Below, one piece after another: positions 11,501 to 20,362 of a stretch of 64,000 nt of DNA (position 1 is its first letter; every line of letters starts with the position of its first letter). Source of the DNA: Paramoeba atlantica. Taxonomy: Eukaryota > Protista > Discosea. The notes under the pieces were generated by a model. That model ran no database searches. It was not told the origin of the DNA and worked only from the letters and a program-made list of their open reading frames with translations. A program made the position numbers and the translations under genes. The DNA lies in NCBI GenBank assembly GCA_977017575.1, contig CDRNVI010000075.1:1-64000 (forward strand). Direction: 5' to 3'.

Positions 11501-12549
11501 CAGTTGCTTTTGCTGCAGAGACGGATCGTTGGCTACCGTCAGATGCAGAAGGATTCTCTTCCGCAGTCCTGGACATCAATCGCCGGAGCGGAGGCCCCGT
11601 AGTTGATCCGGACACGGGAAGAGGATTAGAGGAGATCAGCTCCCCTTTTCCGACAGGATCTAGTCAAAGTACAGAAACGGACAATTCTTGCACCCCCCGT
11701 CAACGTGCCTTGAGCGACGCAATCTCGGCGCACGAATTTTCATGTGCGTACGCAGCGGCGGACAGTAGCACTCGCGCGAGGTACACCTCTCAGACTGGAG
11801 ATGGGGCCAGCAGCTGGGCATTTTGCATCCCATCAACAGAGCTTGGCCACGCTTACACACCCACAGAATTCCGCGCCCTCTCCAGGTGGTGGTTAGGTGC
11901 CAAGGTCTACAACGAGTTGAGCACGTGCCCAATTAACACATGCCAACAACCTCTCGACCTCGAAGGAAACCATGCAGTGTCTTGCAAAAGTGGGAATGGA
12001 CTGATCTCCCGCCACAATGCGCTCATTACACAATTCACCGACACGTGCTCCAAGGCGAATTTATCACCTTCACGTGAGGTAAGCCTGGGGAACCTAGGGC
12101 CTGGCGGCTGTCCCACGAGGCCGGGCGATGTCTTTATTCCGGGCTATGAGAAAGCTCAAGGTCTGGTGCTTGATTTTGCTGTCACCCACGTTCAGCAACC
12201 TAAATACACGGACTTAGTCCGCAACGCTAACGGGGTGGCGGCAGGATCATTTGCGGAGCACTACGCCGCTTCTCACAAGGTGAAAGAGAGAGAGGAGGCG
12301 GAACAAGCAAAACATGTGTTTGTTGCCATGGTGGTAGAATCATATGGTGCTTGGAGTGCAAGTGCCCTATCAATCCTTAGATGGGTTGGGAAGCATCGCG
12401 CCTCATGTTCCCAGGGGACTCTATCTCAAGAAGCAGCTACCCGTCAGCTGCTTCAAGAGCTTAACCTCACCCTGATGCGTTCTCAATCGAGAATGCTTGT
12501 CTCACGCATGCCGGCTGAAGATCCACAACCGGCACTTATTTTGCAGTAG
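8575..12549 (+). CDS. Family A CRE-clade-like non-LTR polyprotein: LsmAD-like domain, C2H2/CCHC fingers, RT, zinc knuckle, RLE
   Basis: 1324-codon open frame with CPVKGC..H..TRH, CQKC..H..AC, VRPIAAGE, VDLANAFN, GVQQGDPLGP, WYLDDG, RPGD and LDFAV. The poly-K start is an A-run, so the true start is uncertain. Confidence 0.92.
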   Translation: MNFFVEQKKKKKKKKNEEQNPTFEEEASSHTLGSWDQFAANKSLAKGPSTYDELIYTTALPNDIPQDWEKRTDEILRSMKTATQDSTPDLGHANELSSERTEEEIHCSVRRDDEPSPFHFEGTHSNSPSQLQTSNRAVKERCLRRTRRMEGAVDTENAMMFPDLTPTELDFTITTKRKGRRKKKRIKRTATTCTDGTNSSSPEGDEHEDSVTPEPTQNGKQKRRRDIAKSFSNYFPTTGHRTDKTPSGKSQLPPSVAAFRSTHQDSLKTCPVKGCVWKTLAHGGRWQAYYNHVATRHANEVPESWWTNEGRFLCQKCGRHYEEGKRATHDNACKGTSTDSVANPANNLTQSSLDHGSRSTDVSQSVQPLPLPSLSDICMTPINTSRDVPFRCRYQWAKTLTDVLSSVASENSVAAWTRLGMLPKCVLPAPNRGGRKGRLSYASHVTKSLERWGKGEFTALWIEATKNNTKSSHPSTKDQDQDQELAQEVRRAKERCEKLVRQGEVSRGMSALTAAPFAPDNDETYCKLMAKHPTRAQDCMLQDLPYPNAPPLKVNEEEVKHALGSFRKGSSGGTMSLRAEHLQIALRAHVDEKVHPLTALTDVVNVLLSGKAPFEIQERFAGARLCALQKGECDVRPIAAGETIRRLVGKVACLTAKKKASRLFKGIQYGVATPAGSERVIHLCRQTMSRHADDTNFVLCKVDLANAFNRVSRSAFIALLRKHFPELSAWVEWTYSTDSLLTYGSRTLPSSEGVQQGDPLGPLLFSLVMLEAAKMIKEALPGSLQLHLWYLDDGVIAGKAEDVSFALETLSRVGPKWGLHINTSKCEIITNPASAHQTALFSDIPEPKINREGNFDILGSPIGSAQHCIDFLTTHAVEPAEETLEAIEMLEDPQIALSLIRQCAGFCQMVHSLRTTPPHELSALCQRLDEAVLHAYEWNICPLSSSARSQVQRPKRYGGFGLRSASAHRSAAYVSSVAFAAETDRWLPSDAEGFSSAVLDINRRSGGPVVDPDTGRGLEEISSPFPTGSSQSTETDNSCTPRQRALSDAISAHEFSCAYAAADSSTRARYTSQTGDGASSWAFCIPSTELGHAYTPTEFRALSRWWLGAKVYNELSTCPINTCQQPLDLEGNHAVSCKSGNGLISRHNALITQFTDTCSKANLSPSREVSLGNLGPGGCPTRPGDVFIPGYEKAQGLVLDFAVTHVQQPKYTDLVRNANGVAAGSFAEHYAASHKVKEREEAEQAKHVFVAMVVESYGAWSASALSILRWVGKHRASCSQGTLSQEAATRQLLQELNLTLMRSQSRMLVSRMPAEDPQPALILQ

Positions 12550-12591
12550 CCTAAACCAAGGCTCGCGGATCCCGGCATGTTCGAAGGCTGA

Positions 12592-13003
12592 GGGTGCTGG
12601 TCTCGTCGACAGAGTCTATACTCACGCCTAGTCCGTCAGGGCTAGGTACCCCAAGTGAGGTAGTACACGGGTAGTGAATCTCCTCCCCGTCGGCCAGCAT
12701 CCTGTTTCGCGACCGTGTCGCTGTCGACACAGGCCCGCGCCTGCGCCCTCCCGTATAACAAGGGAAAGGTCCACAAGTCAGGCCGTGGAGAGGTCGAAAG
12801 ACCCGGTCCGGAACGCGCGAATGGTTGAGGAGCCGCCTGCAGGCCGGGTGAGGCGAAGCTGAGGGAGACCTTACCCCCCCTGAAAAGTTGAAAAGTTGGG
12901 TAGGGGAAAGCAGGAAAGTAGGGAGAAAGGTGGGAAAAGTATGTCAAGAGGTGAGAAAGAGGAGAAAGAGAGAGAAAAATTTTCTTTATTTGCATAAAAA
13001 CAA
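12592..13003 (+). repeat. ~410-bp GC-rich structured repeat, copy 1 (probable family A 3'UTR or captured ncRNA)
   Basis: Near-identical to the reverse complement of 51461..51872. Contains several stems and a GAAA tetraloop, and ends in TTGC plus an A-rich tail. Confidence 0.85.
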
Positions 13004-13013
13004 AAAAAAAAAA

Positions 13014-13790
13014 GAAACCAGTGCCTTTGAATTGTATTGTGATGCTTCCGAGAAGGGGTGGGGACTAGCATGGCTGCAGGGCGGCAGTCTTCAGTATCGC
13101 TCTGGAAATTTTGCGGCCTGGCTCAGAGATAAGCCTATTGCATATAAGGAGCTATTCGCAGCAGAGATGGGCTTAAAACTGGTAAAGGAAAGAAAAATCA
13201 AGGCTTGTACACTGATATCAGATAATAAGAACGTTGTGGCATGGCTGTCCAAATGGAAGGCAGGACCCCCGCTAATTATGGAGTGGCTACGCCGGTTATA
13301 CCAGGTGTTTTTCCTACCTGGTTATCTCAAGGAGGTCTGTTGGATTTGCTCCGAGAAAAACATAGCAGATGAACCCTCACGCCATGGGAACGAGAGCGAC
13401 AGGCATGGCCATGTATCTCTTTTAAATTCAGAAACAACAACGTTCTAAAGCGTTATAACGTTATAATTCAACAAAAACTTTTGCATTTCGCGAGTTTCTT
13501 TGTCAAGAAAATCTTACCATTTAGTGTAAGGAGGTATTATCTCCAACATACAAAATCGTAAATTTATAGGTTTTACTTATTGGGTTCTAACATGTTTCGA
13601 TCGCTTCGCATGGAGATCGTATTCATATGAAAAAGATATTTTATTCATAAAAGGATTTTTTATATGTAAAAAATCAACGATTTTGTTTTGTTGGTGTTTC
13701 TGAAATGCTAAATTTGATGAATGTACCTGTTTACGAATTTAAATATTTCTGAATGTAAATAGGTATCTCTTTTAAATTCAGAAACAACAA
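13014..13790 (+). mobile_element. 3' end of a YR retrotransposon: RNase H fragment (to 13448) plus terminal repeats
   Basis: LYCDASEKGWG, ELFAA, ISDN, NIADEPSR. GTATCTCTTTTAAATTCAGAAACAACAA is repeated at ~13413 and ~13763. Confidence 0.75.
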
Positions 13791-13792
13791 GC

Positions 13793-14367
13793 TACGTGCT
13801 GCTCAAGCTACGCAAAACACACCAGCTCTGCCCTTATGCAGCAGGTCTCCGACAGAAAATATAAGAAATACGTTACTGAGAAGGGTGTCGATAGCGATTC
13901 GTTTAAGTGTCTGGCTGCAACAGATTGCGGCCTTCTACATGACGATACTAAGGCTTTGCTGAAGGCTCTCTCACAAAGAGCGAAACTTAAATATGAAAGC
14001 GTGCGCAATGCTTTCCAGCTCGAAATCGAAAAAATGTCAGCGTACACGGTAGTGTCGCAGCTCCGAGACTACATTCCAGCAGAGAAGTGGATGAGTGAAT
14101 TGCGCCTATAAGATATATTTAAAGTCTCTTTAAAGTAAAATTTGTAATCTATATTTACGGGTATTTGAGAAAACCCAAATTCTTAACATATGACGGCAGC
14201 TCGTACACGTTCGACTATATGAAGATATTGTTATATAAAACCGAAAGACCATAACATTCCCTTTTCAATAGTAGCCTGAGATCACCAACTCAGGGAAATT
14301 CTAATAGAATAAAAAAAAAAAAAAAAAAATACCTTCAATTTACGTTAGATTATTGAGGAGTTGGTGG
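13793..14367 (+). repeat. Near-identical duplicate of 19591..20160 (family C RLE 3' end plus flank)
   Basis: Direct sequence identity, including ORF end MSELRL, the UTR, the A-run and ~37 bp beyond it. Confidence 0.93.
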
Positions 14368-14568
14368 AAAATTTGATTTCTGAGAATTATATTTACTTCC
14401 TAGAGATTTATTCTTGTTCATTATGTAAAAAAATGCTTACACTGTCGTATCACAATTACGACAATACATCTTCTATCTGATATTTGATACGTTCAATTCT
14501 ATGCAGATTCAAAATTCATATGAATACTGTATGACCGGTCATAACATAACAAAATAAAAAAAAAATTC

Positions 14569-14772
14569 AAACAACAACGTTCTAAAGCGTTATAACGTTA
14601 TAATTCAACAAAAACTTTTGCATTTCGCGAGTTTCTTTGTCAAGAAAATCTTACCATTTAGTGTAAGGAGGTATTATCTCCAACATACAAAATCGTAAAT
14701 TTATAGGTTTTACTTATTGGGTTCTAACATGTTTCGATCGCTTCGCATGGAGATCGTATTCATATGAAAAAG
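14569..14772 (+). repeat. Copy of YR terminal-repeat sequence 13433..13636
   Basis: Direct identity from AAACAACAACGTTCTAAAGC to CATATGAAAAAGA. Confidence 0.9.
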
Positions 14773-16210
14773 AATGGGAGGAGTATCCTCTGCCCAGATG
14801 GCGCCGAAAGAAACGAGTGATTTCCATTGAGCTCAGGGTAGAAATATGAGTGTTGGGGGAAAGGCAACTTAGGTATTGATATATTTGGTTCGTGTAGGCC
14901 CCTTCTATAACTACCATTGTGTCCGGGCGAAAAGGGTGAGCTTTGGTTGTTTTCGTCTTGTTCCCCCAGTACAGGATGATGCAGTCCGGTCGTGCCACTA
15001 TGAAATCCCTTCGTTTCAAAAGCGCGACTTCCCCCGCACGAGATGCGGTTTTGTAGGCAATCAGTACTGTAGCTGCCATTTCTGACGTCATAAATGGTAG
15101 CAACTTGTTCAGTTGTGCCTTGGTCAAAGGCTGGGCTTGTTGAAATGGAATTTGCGATCCGCGCCGAATTAGTGACTTTAGCAGAAGACGGGAATGCGTT
15201 GCTAGCTTCCCGGACTGTACCATCAATGCTATAAGGTGCTTCAGATACGTTTCTTTCGTTTGGAGTGACAAGGACATGTCGTTTATTAGTTTTACGACAT
15301 CGTCGTCGAATAATTTGAGACGGCGGGAATGCAACATTCGTAGCAGGCGGGCACGCGTTAACCATGTTGTCTGACACCACATTGGAACTAATGCTTGTTG
15401 TGTCGTCCATTTTCTTATGCCCATGACTTCCATTACAAATTGAACTTCCTCGCTGTAAGATTTTCTTTGGAATGCTGCTCTTGCTAGGGTGCGACGTTGC
15501 GGTAAAGAAACTAGCTTGCTTTTTTGACTTAATGTAATTGTCTTCAATTGTCCGTGAACCGGAGTTATCCTCTTTTCGCTCTGGAGTTTTATTGGTTGAG
15601 ATGGATTTGTACTTATTTTGATCGTTTTTACCGAACGGGTGCGACGTTGCGGTAGAGAAACTAACTTGCTTTTTTGACTTAATGTAATTTGATGGTCGGA
15701 ATGAAACTTGCTGGACTGTGATTGTTTTAAAACTTTTTTCATATTCTGGTTTTGATTTATTGTAGAAAGAACTTTTAAACCTATTTTTGACTGGCTTTTG
15801 CCACGGGGGCGGACTTCGGAGAGTCAACTTCGCGGGCCAGACCCCCTCCCGCGAAAACCCGCTCTTCCATAGCTTCCTGCTGTAGTGCTCGACGTGGCGC
15901 CGTATCCTCCACGAAACGATCCTCGATAAGAAACATGTCCACCACGCCCTCGACCTCGTCCGCGCGAACCATAGGAAATGCTCTGACGTATCGTATTTCC
16001 CAATGTATCATCGCTGCGTTGAGTTTCGTAGCGAGTCCTTACGTACGTTGAATCAGCCCCACGAAGGACGCCTTGTGTTATACGCACTTTGTCAAGTAAC
16101 TTTTGTCCTATGCTTGCTTGATGTGGATCCTCCAAGTCAATACCTCCCCGACGGAACGCATCGCGCATCCATTCTCGCAATAGGCTCAAGAATGGGGGGC
16201 GTCGTTTCAC
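14773..16210 (-). pseudogene. YR retrotransposon fragment: gag-like C-terminus (15824..16210) and tyrosine recombinase (to 15742, truncated)
   Basis: YKTASRAGEV, YWGNKTKT, GYSSHS. The gag piece is homologous to 42647..43375. Confidence 0.82.
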
Positions 16211-16369
16211 TAGCAGAAAGGTCTCCTGGGAATCCTTTTTTTTTTGTGCGTTACTGCTTTTACAAAGGGAATCGACTCGTTCCTTCTCCTCGTTTTTCCT
16301 TCCCCCCTTCTCTCGCTTCTTTGAGAGAAATCAACCTTGTTGATTTATTTTCTTATTATCTCAATCGTT

Positions 16370-19300
16370 ATGACACGCCCTTCCCGCTCAGTCGTGAGCA
16401 AAAATTCAGACCTGAAGACAAGTCGTACAACAGAGAAATCACGTGAAAAAGGAAAGCGTGGCAAAGAAAAGAAGAGCACAACAACGGTTTCCTCAGACGG
16501 CTCAATGATCAAGATTCTACAAGTTTCGCGGAAAGAGGGAATGAAGGAACGCTCCGGAAATCACACGGCGTCAGACTTACCCGATCTCACCACAGGAGAT
16601 GGCCGAATTACGCATGAAATGTCCAAACCAAAGAAAACCCCAAGAATTCGAATCGTCGGATCTACACCTCTGCCAAAAGACTGGGCTGATCACGGCGAAC
16701 AGAACAGTGCGCACAGCGACAAAATCAAAATCAAAATCACGCCTAAGACCTTTCGATTGACATCTTTCGACGAACAGCCACGTCAAGAACCACAACAAGA
16801 GACAACACCGGATATTGACTCGGAAGAGGAACATTACGAAGACGAGAGCGAAGATATGTCTCTTGACAGCGATAACGAGGTCATAGCAGATCTGGCAAAC
16901 AGAAGTGCTCTTTCCAAAGCACCGGATCATGTGCACAACATGGTAGCAAAGTGGGGCAAAGGCACGGAATGTGTTATCGAGTGGGGCTTCCGACAAGACA
17001 CGGTAAATTACACGTCGAAAGGCATCGTCGTAGGTAGGACCTCACGAAAAGGAATGGTCAAAGTCAAAATCTCTTACAATCCAGCTCAAGGCAGCAAAGG
17101 TCCCAGTGGCTTTCTTTATCTTCCACACACAAACAGGATCAGAATCTGTTCGATACGAGCCACGAAACTGATCAAAGTCGAAACAATTACGCGGAATTTA
17201 GAAGAACACGCCGACAACGTGTCTAGCGATGAAAATGGTCAAAGTGATCTCGAGCCGCTGCCCACGATGGTACCCATTGATTCATCTTTTTCAATCCATG
17301 TAGTCGCCATCTTCCGAGCCATACTTCGTGGGTATCCATCGGTAGAACTTGACTCTGAGAAAACAGCTATCTGGCATAAATTTTTGAACGCACCAAGAGA
17401 CTCGCTCGCTACTATTCGTCAACTTTCTCGGCAAAATCAACGAGTCGGACACATAAACAAACAAGCGGATCCATCGGAAAACGAAACACTCAGCATAGAA
17501 CAAAGGGAAGAACTTGGCGTCGACCGTCGCTCGATCAAGAATGCTTTAACGACCGCTCGAGCTGGAAACATCGGGAAAGCCACTCGAATTCTCGACAACG
17601 TTTACAAGGTCTCCAATCTTACAGCGCATGAAAAATTACAGAAACTTCGCGATTTGCATCCCGAGGGGCCTAGTATTGAAATTCCGGAAGCTGACTTTCC
17701 ACGGATCGGCGTTGTAGATAAATCAGAACTCCGCCTTGCAGTCGAAAAACTTGCGCGAGGGGCATCTCCGGGACCAAGCGGGCTTAGTGAGAGCATGATG
17801 CGTTTGCTTGTTGAAGATGAAGAAGCATGCCTTTCATTATGCCATATGATTCGCGACGTTATCAATGGCGACGTGCCTGTAAGCGTGCGGAAGCGTCTCA
17901 CTCGTTGCCGAATTATTGCTCTTCCGAAGCCACAAAACGGTATACGGCCAGTCGCCATGGGGGAGACGATCCTAAAAATCTGCGGATCCATTTTACTCGA
18001 GCGACATGAATGTGCACTACGAAAATACTTTTCGCCTATGCAGCGGGGCGTTCTCCACAAGAGCGCATGTGAATCAATAGTGCATGAGCTACTACAAGAA
18101 TACGAGGATGGATGCGCATTGATTACGGTAGATTTCACGAACGCATACAACACTCCACGACGCGACGCCATAACACAAGCATTACTAGAGAATCCTGTGT
18201 TCAAACCTTTTATGCGACTGTTTTACCTTGAATACGGCCTCTCATCCGAACTTTTGTTTTTCGCACACAACGCTCTTTTCGCGACCATCGAAAGTTCGTC
18301 AGGAATTCGACAAGGCTCATCATTATCCTCCATGTACTTCTGTGCACTTTTACACGGTCCCATTCGCGAGATCGCAAGCTTATACCCCGACGTCAAAATA
18401 CGAGCATATCAAGACGATGTGACTCTCAGCTCTACAAACGTACCGTCACTTGAAGCTGCGTTCCTGCACTTACGTGAAATCACAGGCGAGCTCAATCTAC
18501 GCGTCAACTTTCAGAAATGCGTATTTTTCCAGAAAAATACCACATACGAACCGTTCTCTTTGCATAATCTAGGCGTCAAGCTTTGCACTGATTCGATCAA
18601 GATTCTGGGAGCCTATATCGGGAAAGATAATGTGGTAGAGGATCTTCTCCTGCGCAAACTCAGTAAGCATAAATGCCTTTTCCGCCGTTTACTTCTCATG
18701 GGCCCCAGTAACCTTTCTCTCGCGATTCTTCGCCGATGTACAATTCCACGTCAAGACTATCATCTGAGAGTTCACCGCCCGGAGGCCACTCGGCGTCTGG
18801 CACATTCTTTTGAAAGCCACGTACACGAAGTCTTGCAGAAATGGTGCGGCGCGGACGCCCAGGCACTTAAGCTCGCAGCTCTCCCGCAAAAATTAGGTGG
18901 ATTAGGACTGACTTCTTGCACTCTGAAACAGCAGCACTACTTCGCAGCAGCCCGAGAATCTATTGAAGAGCACTTGGAACCCAATAAAGCTCCGGTAGAT
19001 TCGCAAGGCAATGACAAGAGCAAAGCTAAAATTCAGAGCCGCGCAGAAAAGGCCCGCAAATCGCTTAAGAAGATCATGAGTCAAGCTCACGAAAAACAAT
19101 TGACAGAAATACAGAAAGACTCCACCGCAGCGAACATCATAAAACGCACTAAAGAGGCTAATATCCACCTCGAAAACACCAGCAACTACGTTAACCCATA
19201 CCTATTCCGATATACGCTCATGATGCGCTTAGGAATTGGCTTGCCTAAGGCACCGGCCAAAGTAACATGCCCCGGCTGTTCTAATCAAGAATCACCCTCC

Positions 19301-19909
19301 ACCATTATTCCCCACGTTGCTGGATGCTCCCGATGCTCCGGGATGAACTCCACACGCAAACATTCACATATCGTCCGGTATCTCTCAGAGTTGTGCTCAA
19401 AAGCAGGCCTTCCTAGCGTGATCGAACCCCGCATCTACTCCTCGTATCATTGCACTAAATGTAAGTGCACTATCTCAGCAGATGTCGCCGCGCAACATCC
19501 TTGCAAAGCACGCCGTATTCGTTCAGGTCCAGATCTGGCCATCATGTGGCCTCACATGGGTGAGGTACTCTACGACTTCACAATAGTACATACGTGCTGC
19601 TCAAGCTACGCAAAACACACCAGCTCTGCCCTTATGCAGCAGGTCTCCGACAGAAAATATAAGAAATACGTTACTGAGAAGGGTGTCGATAGCGATTCGT
19701 TTAAGTGTCTGGCTGCAACAGATTGCGGCCTTCTACATGACGATACTAAGGCGTTGCTGAAGGCTCTCTCACAAAGAGCGAAACTTAAATATGAAAGCGT
19801 GCGCAATGCTTTCCAGCTCGAAATCGAAAAAATGTCAGCGTACACGGTAGTGTCGCAGCTCCGAGACTACATTCCAGCAGAGAAGTGGATGAGTGAATTG
19901 CGCCTATAA
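16370..19909 (+). CDS. Family C RLE non-LTR polyprotein, apparently intact
   Basis: ATG at 16370, beta-barrel module, GIRPVAMGE, VDFTNAYN, GIRQGS, AYQDD, CPGC knuckle, GPDL, YDFT. A-run at ~20108-20122. Confidence 0.92.
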   Translation: MTRPSRSVVSKNSDLKTSRTTEKSREKGKRGKEKKSTTTVSSDGSMIKILQVSRKEGMKERSGNHTASDLPDLTTGDGRITHEMSKPKKTPRIRIVGSTPLPKDWADHGEQNSAHSDKIKIKITPKTFRLTSFDEQPRQEPQQETTPDIDSEEEHYEDESEDMSLDSDNEVIADLANRSALSKAPDHVHNMVAKWGKGTECVIEWGFRQDTVNYTSKGIVVGRTSRKGMVKVKISYNPAQGSKGPSGFLYLPHTNRIRICSIRATKLIKVETITRNLEEHADNVSSDENGQSDLEPLPTMVPIDSSFSIHVVAIFRAILRGYPSVELDSEKTAIWHKFLNAPRDSLATIRQLSRQNQRVGHINKQADPSENETLSIEQREELGVDRRSIKNALTTARAGNIGKATRILDNVYKVSNLTAHEKLQKLRDLHPEGPSIEIPEADFPRIGVVDKSELRLAVEKLARGASPGPSGLSESMMRLLVEDEEACLSLCHMIRDVINGDVPVSVRKRLTRCRIIALPKPQNGIRPVAMGETILKICGSILLERHECALRKYFSPMQRGVLHKSACESIVHELLQEYEDGCALITVDFTNAYNTPRRDAITQALLENPVFKPFMRLFYLEYGLSSELLFFAHNALFATIESSSGIRQGSSLSSMYFCALLHGPIREIASLYPDVKIRAYQDDVTLSSTNVPSLEAAFLHLREITGELNLRVNFQKCVFFQKNTTYEPFSLHNLGVKLCTDSIKILGAYIGKDNVVEDLLLRKLSKHKCLFRRLLLMGPSNLSLAILRRCTIPRQDYHLRVHRPEATRRLAHSFESHVHEVLQKWCGADAQALKLAALPQKLGGLGLTSCTLKQQHYFAAARESIEEHLEPNKAPVDSQGNDKSKAKIQSRAEKARKSLKKIMSQAHEKQLTEIQKDSTAANIIKRTKEANIHLENTSNYVNPYLFRYTLMMRLGIGLPKAPAKVTCPGCSNQESPSTIIPHVAGCSRCSGMNSTRKHSHIVRYLSELCSKAGLPSVIEPRIYSSYHCTKCKCTISADVAAQHPCKARRIRSGPDLAIMWPHMGEVLYDFTIVHTCCSSYAKHTSSALMQQVSDRKYKKYVTEKGVDSDSFKCLAATDCGLLHDDTKALLKALSQRAKLKYESVRNAFQLEIEKMSAYTVVSQLRDYIPAEKWMSELRL

Positions 19910-20362
19910 GATATATTTAAAGTCTCTTTAAAGTAAAATTTGTAATCTAAATTTACGGGTATTTGAGAAAACCCAAATTCTTAACATATGACGGCAGCTC
20001 GTACACGTTCGACTATATGAAGATATTGTTATATAAAACCGAAAGACCATAACATTCCCTTTTCAATAGTAGCCTGAGATCACCAACTCAGGGAAATTCT
20101 AATAGAATAAAAAAAAAAAAAATACCTTCAATTTACGTTAGATTATTGAGGAGTTGGTGGTTTCATTTCCTGGAACGCTTATTTTCAGGAGTGCTCGAAG
20201 TGTATGCGCAGCTTCGTAGTCACCTGGCCGACAGGAAGGTGCAAGAATTAAGTGTTTAGTGTGATAATCATAATCTATGTATGAAAACTACAACCGCACA
20301 TCTCTAACTATATATTAAAAAACGAGTGTAAGAAATCCATTCTAAAGAAATTAAAGCTAAAT

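Noticed and set aside
8769-12116. Numerous short antisense or alternate-frame ORFs in the ORF track
   Set aside because: They are shadows of the retroelement ORFs with no recognisable motifs.
12592-13003. RNase P/MRP, SRP, U6, group II domain V or telomerase RNA identity
   Set aside because: Only isolated short resemblances (GGGAAAGGTCC, ACAGAG, GAGCCG) without the other required conserved elements. The CT-rich tract does not match the 10-bp array exactly.
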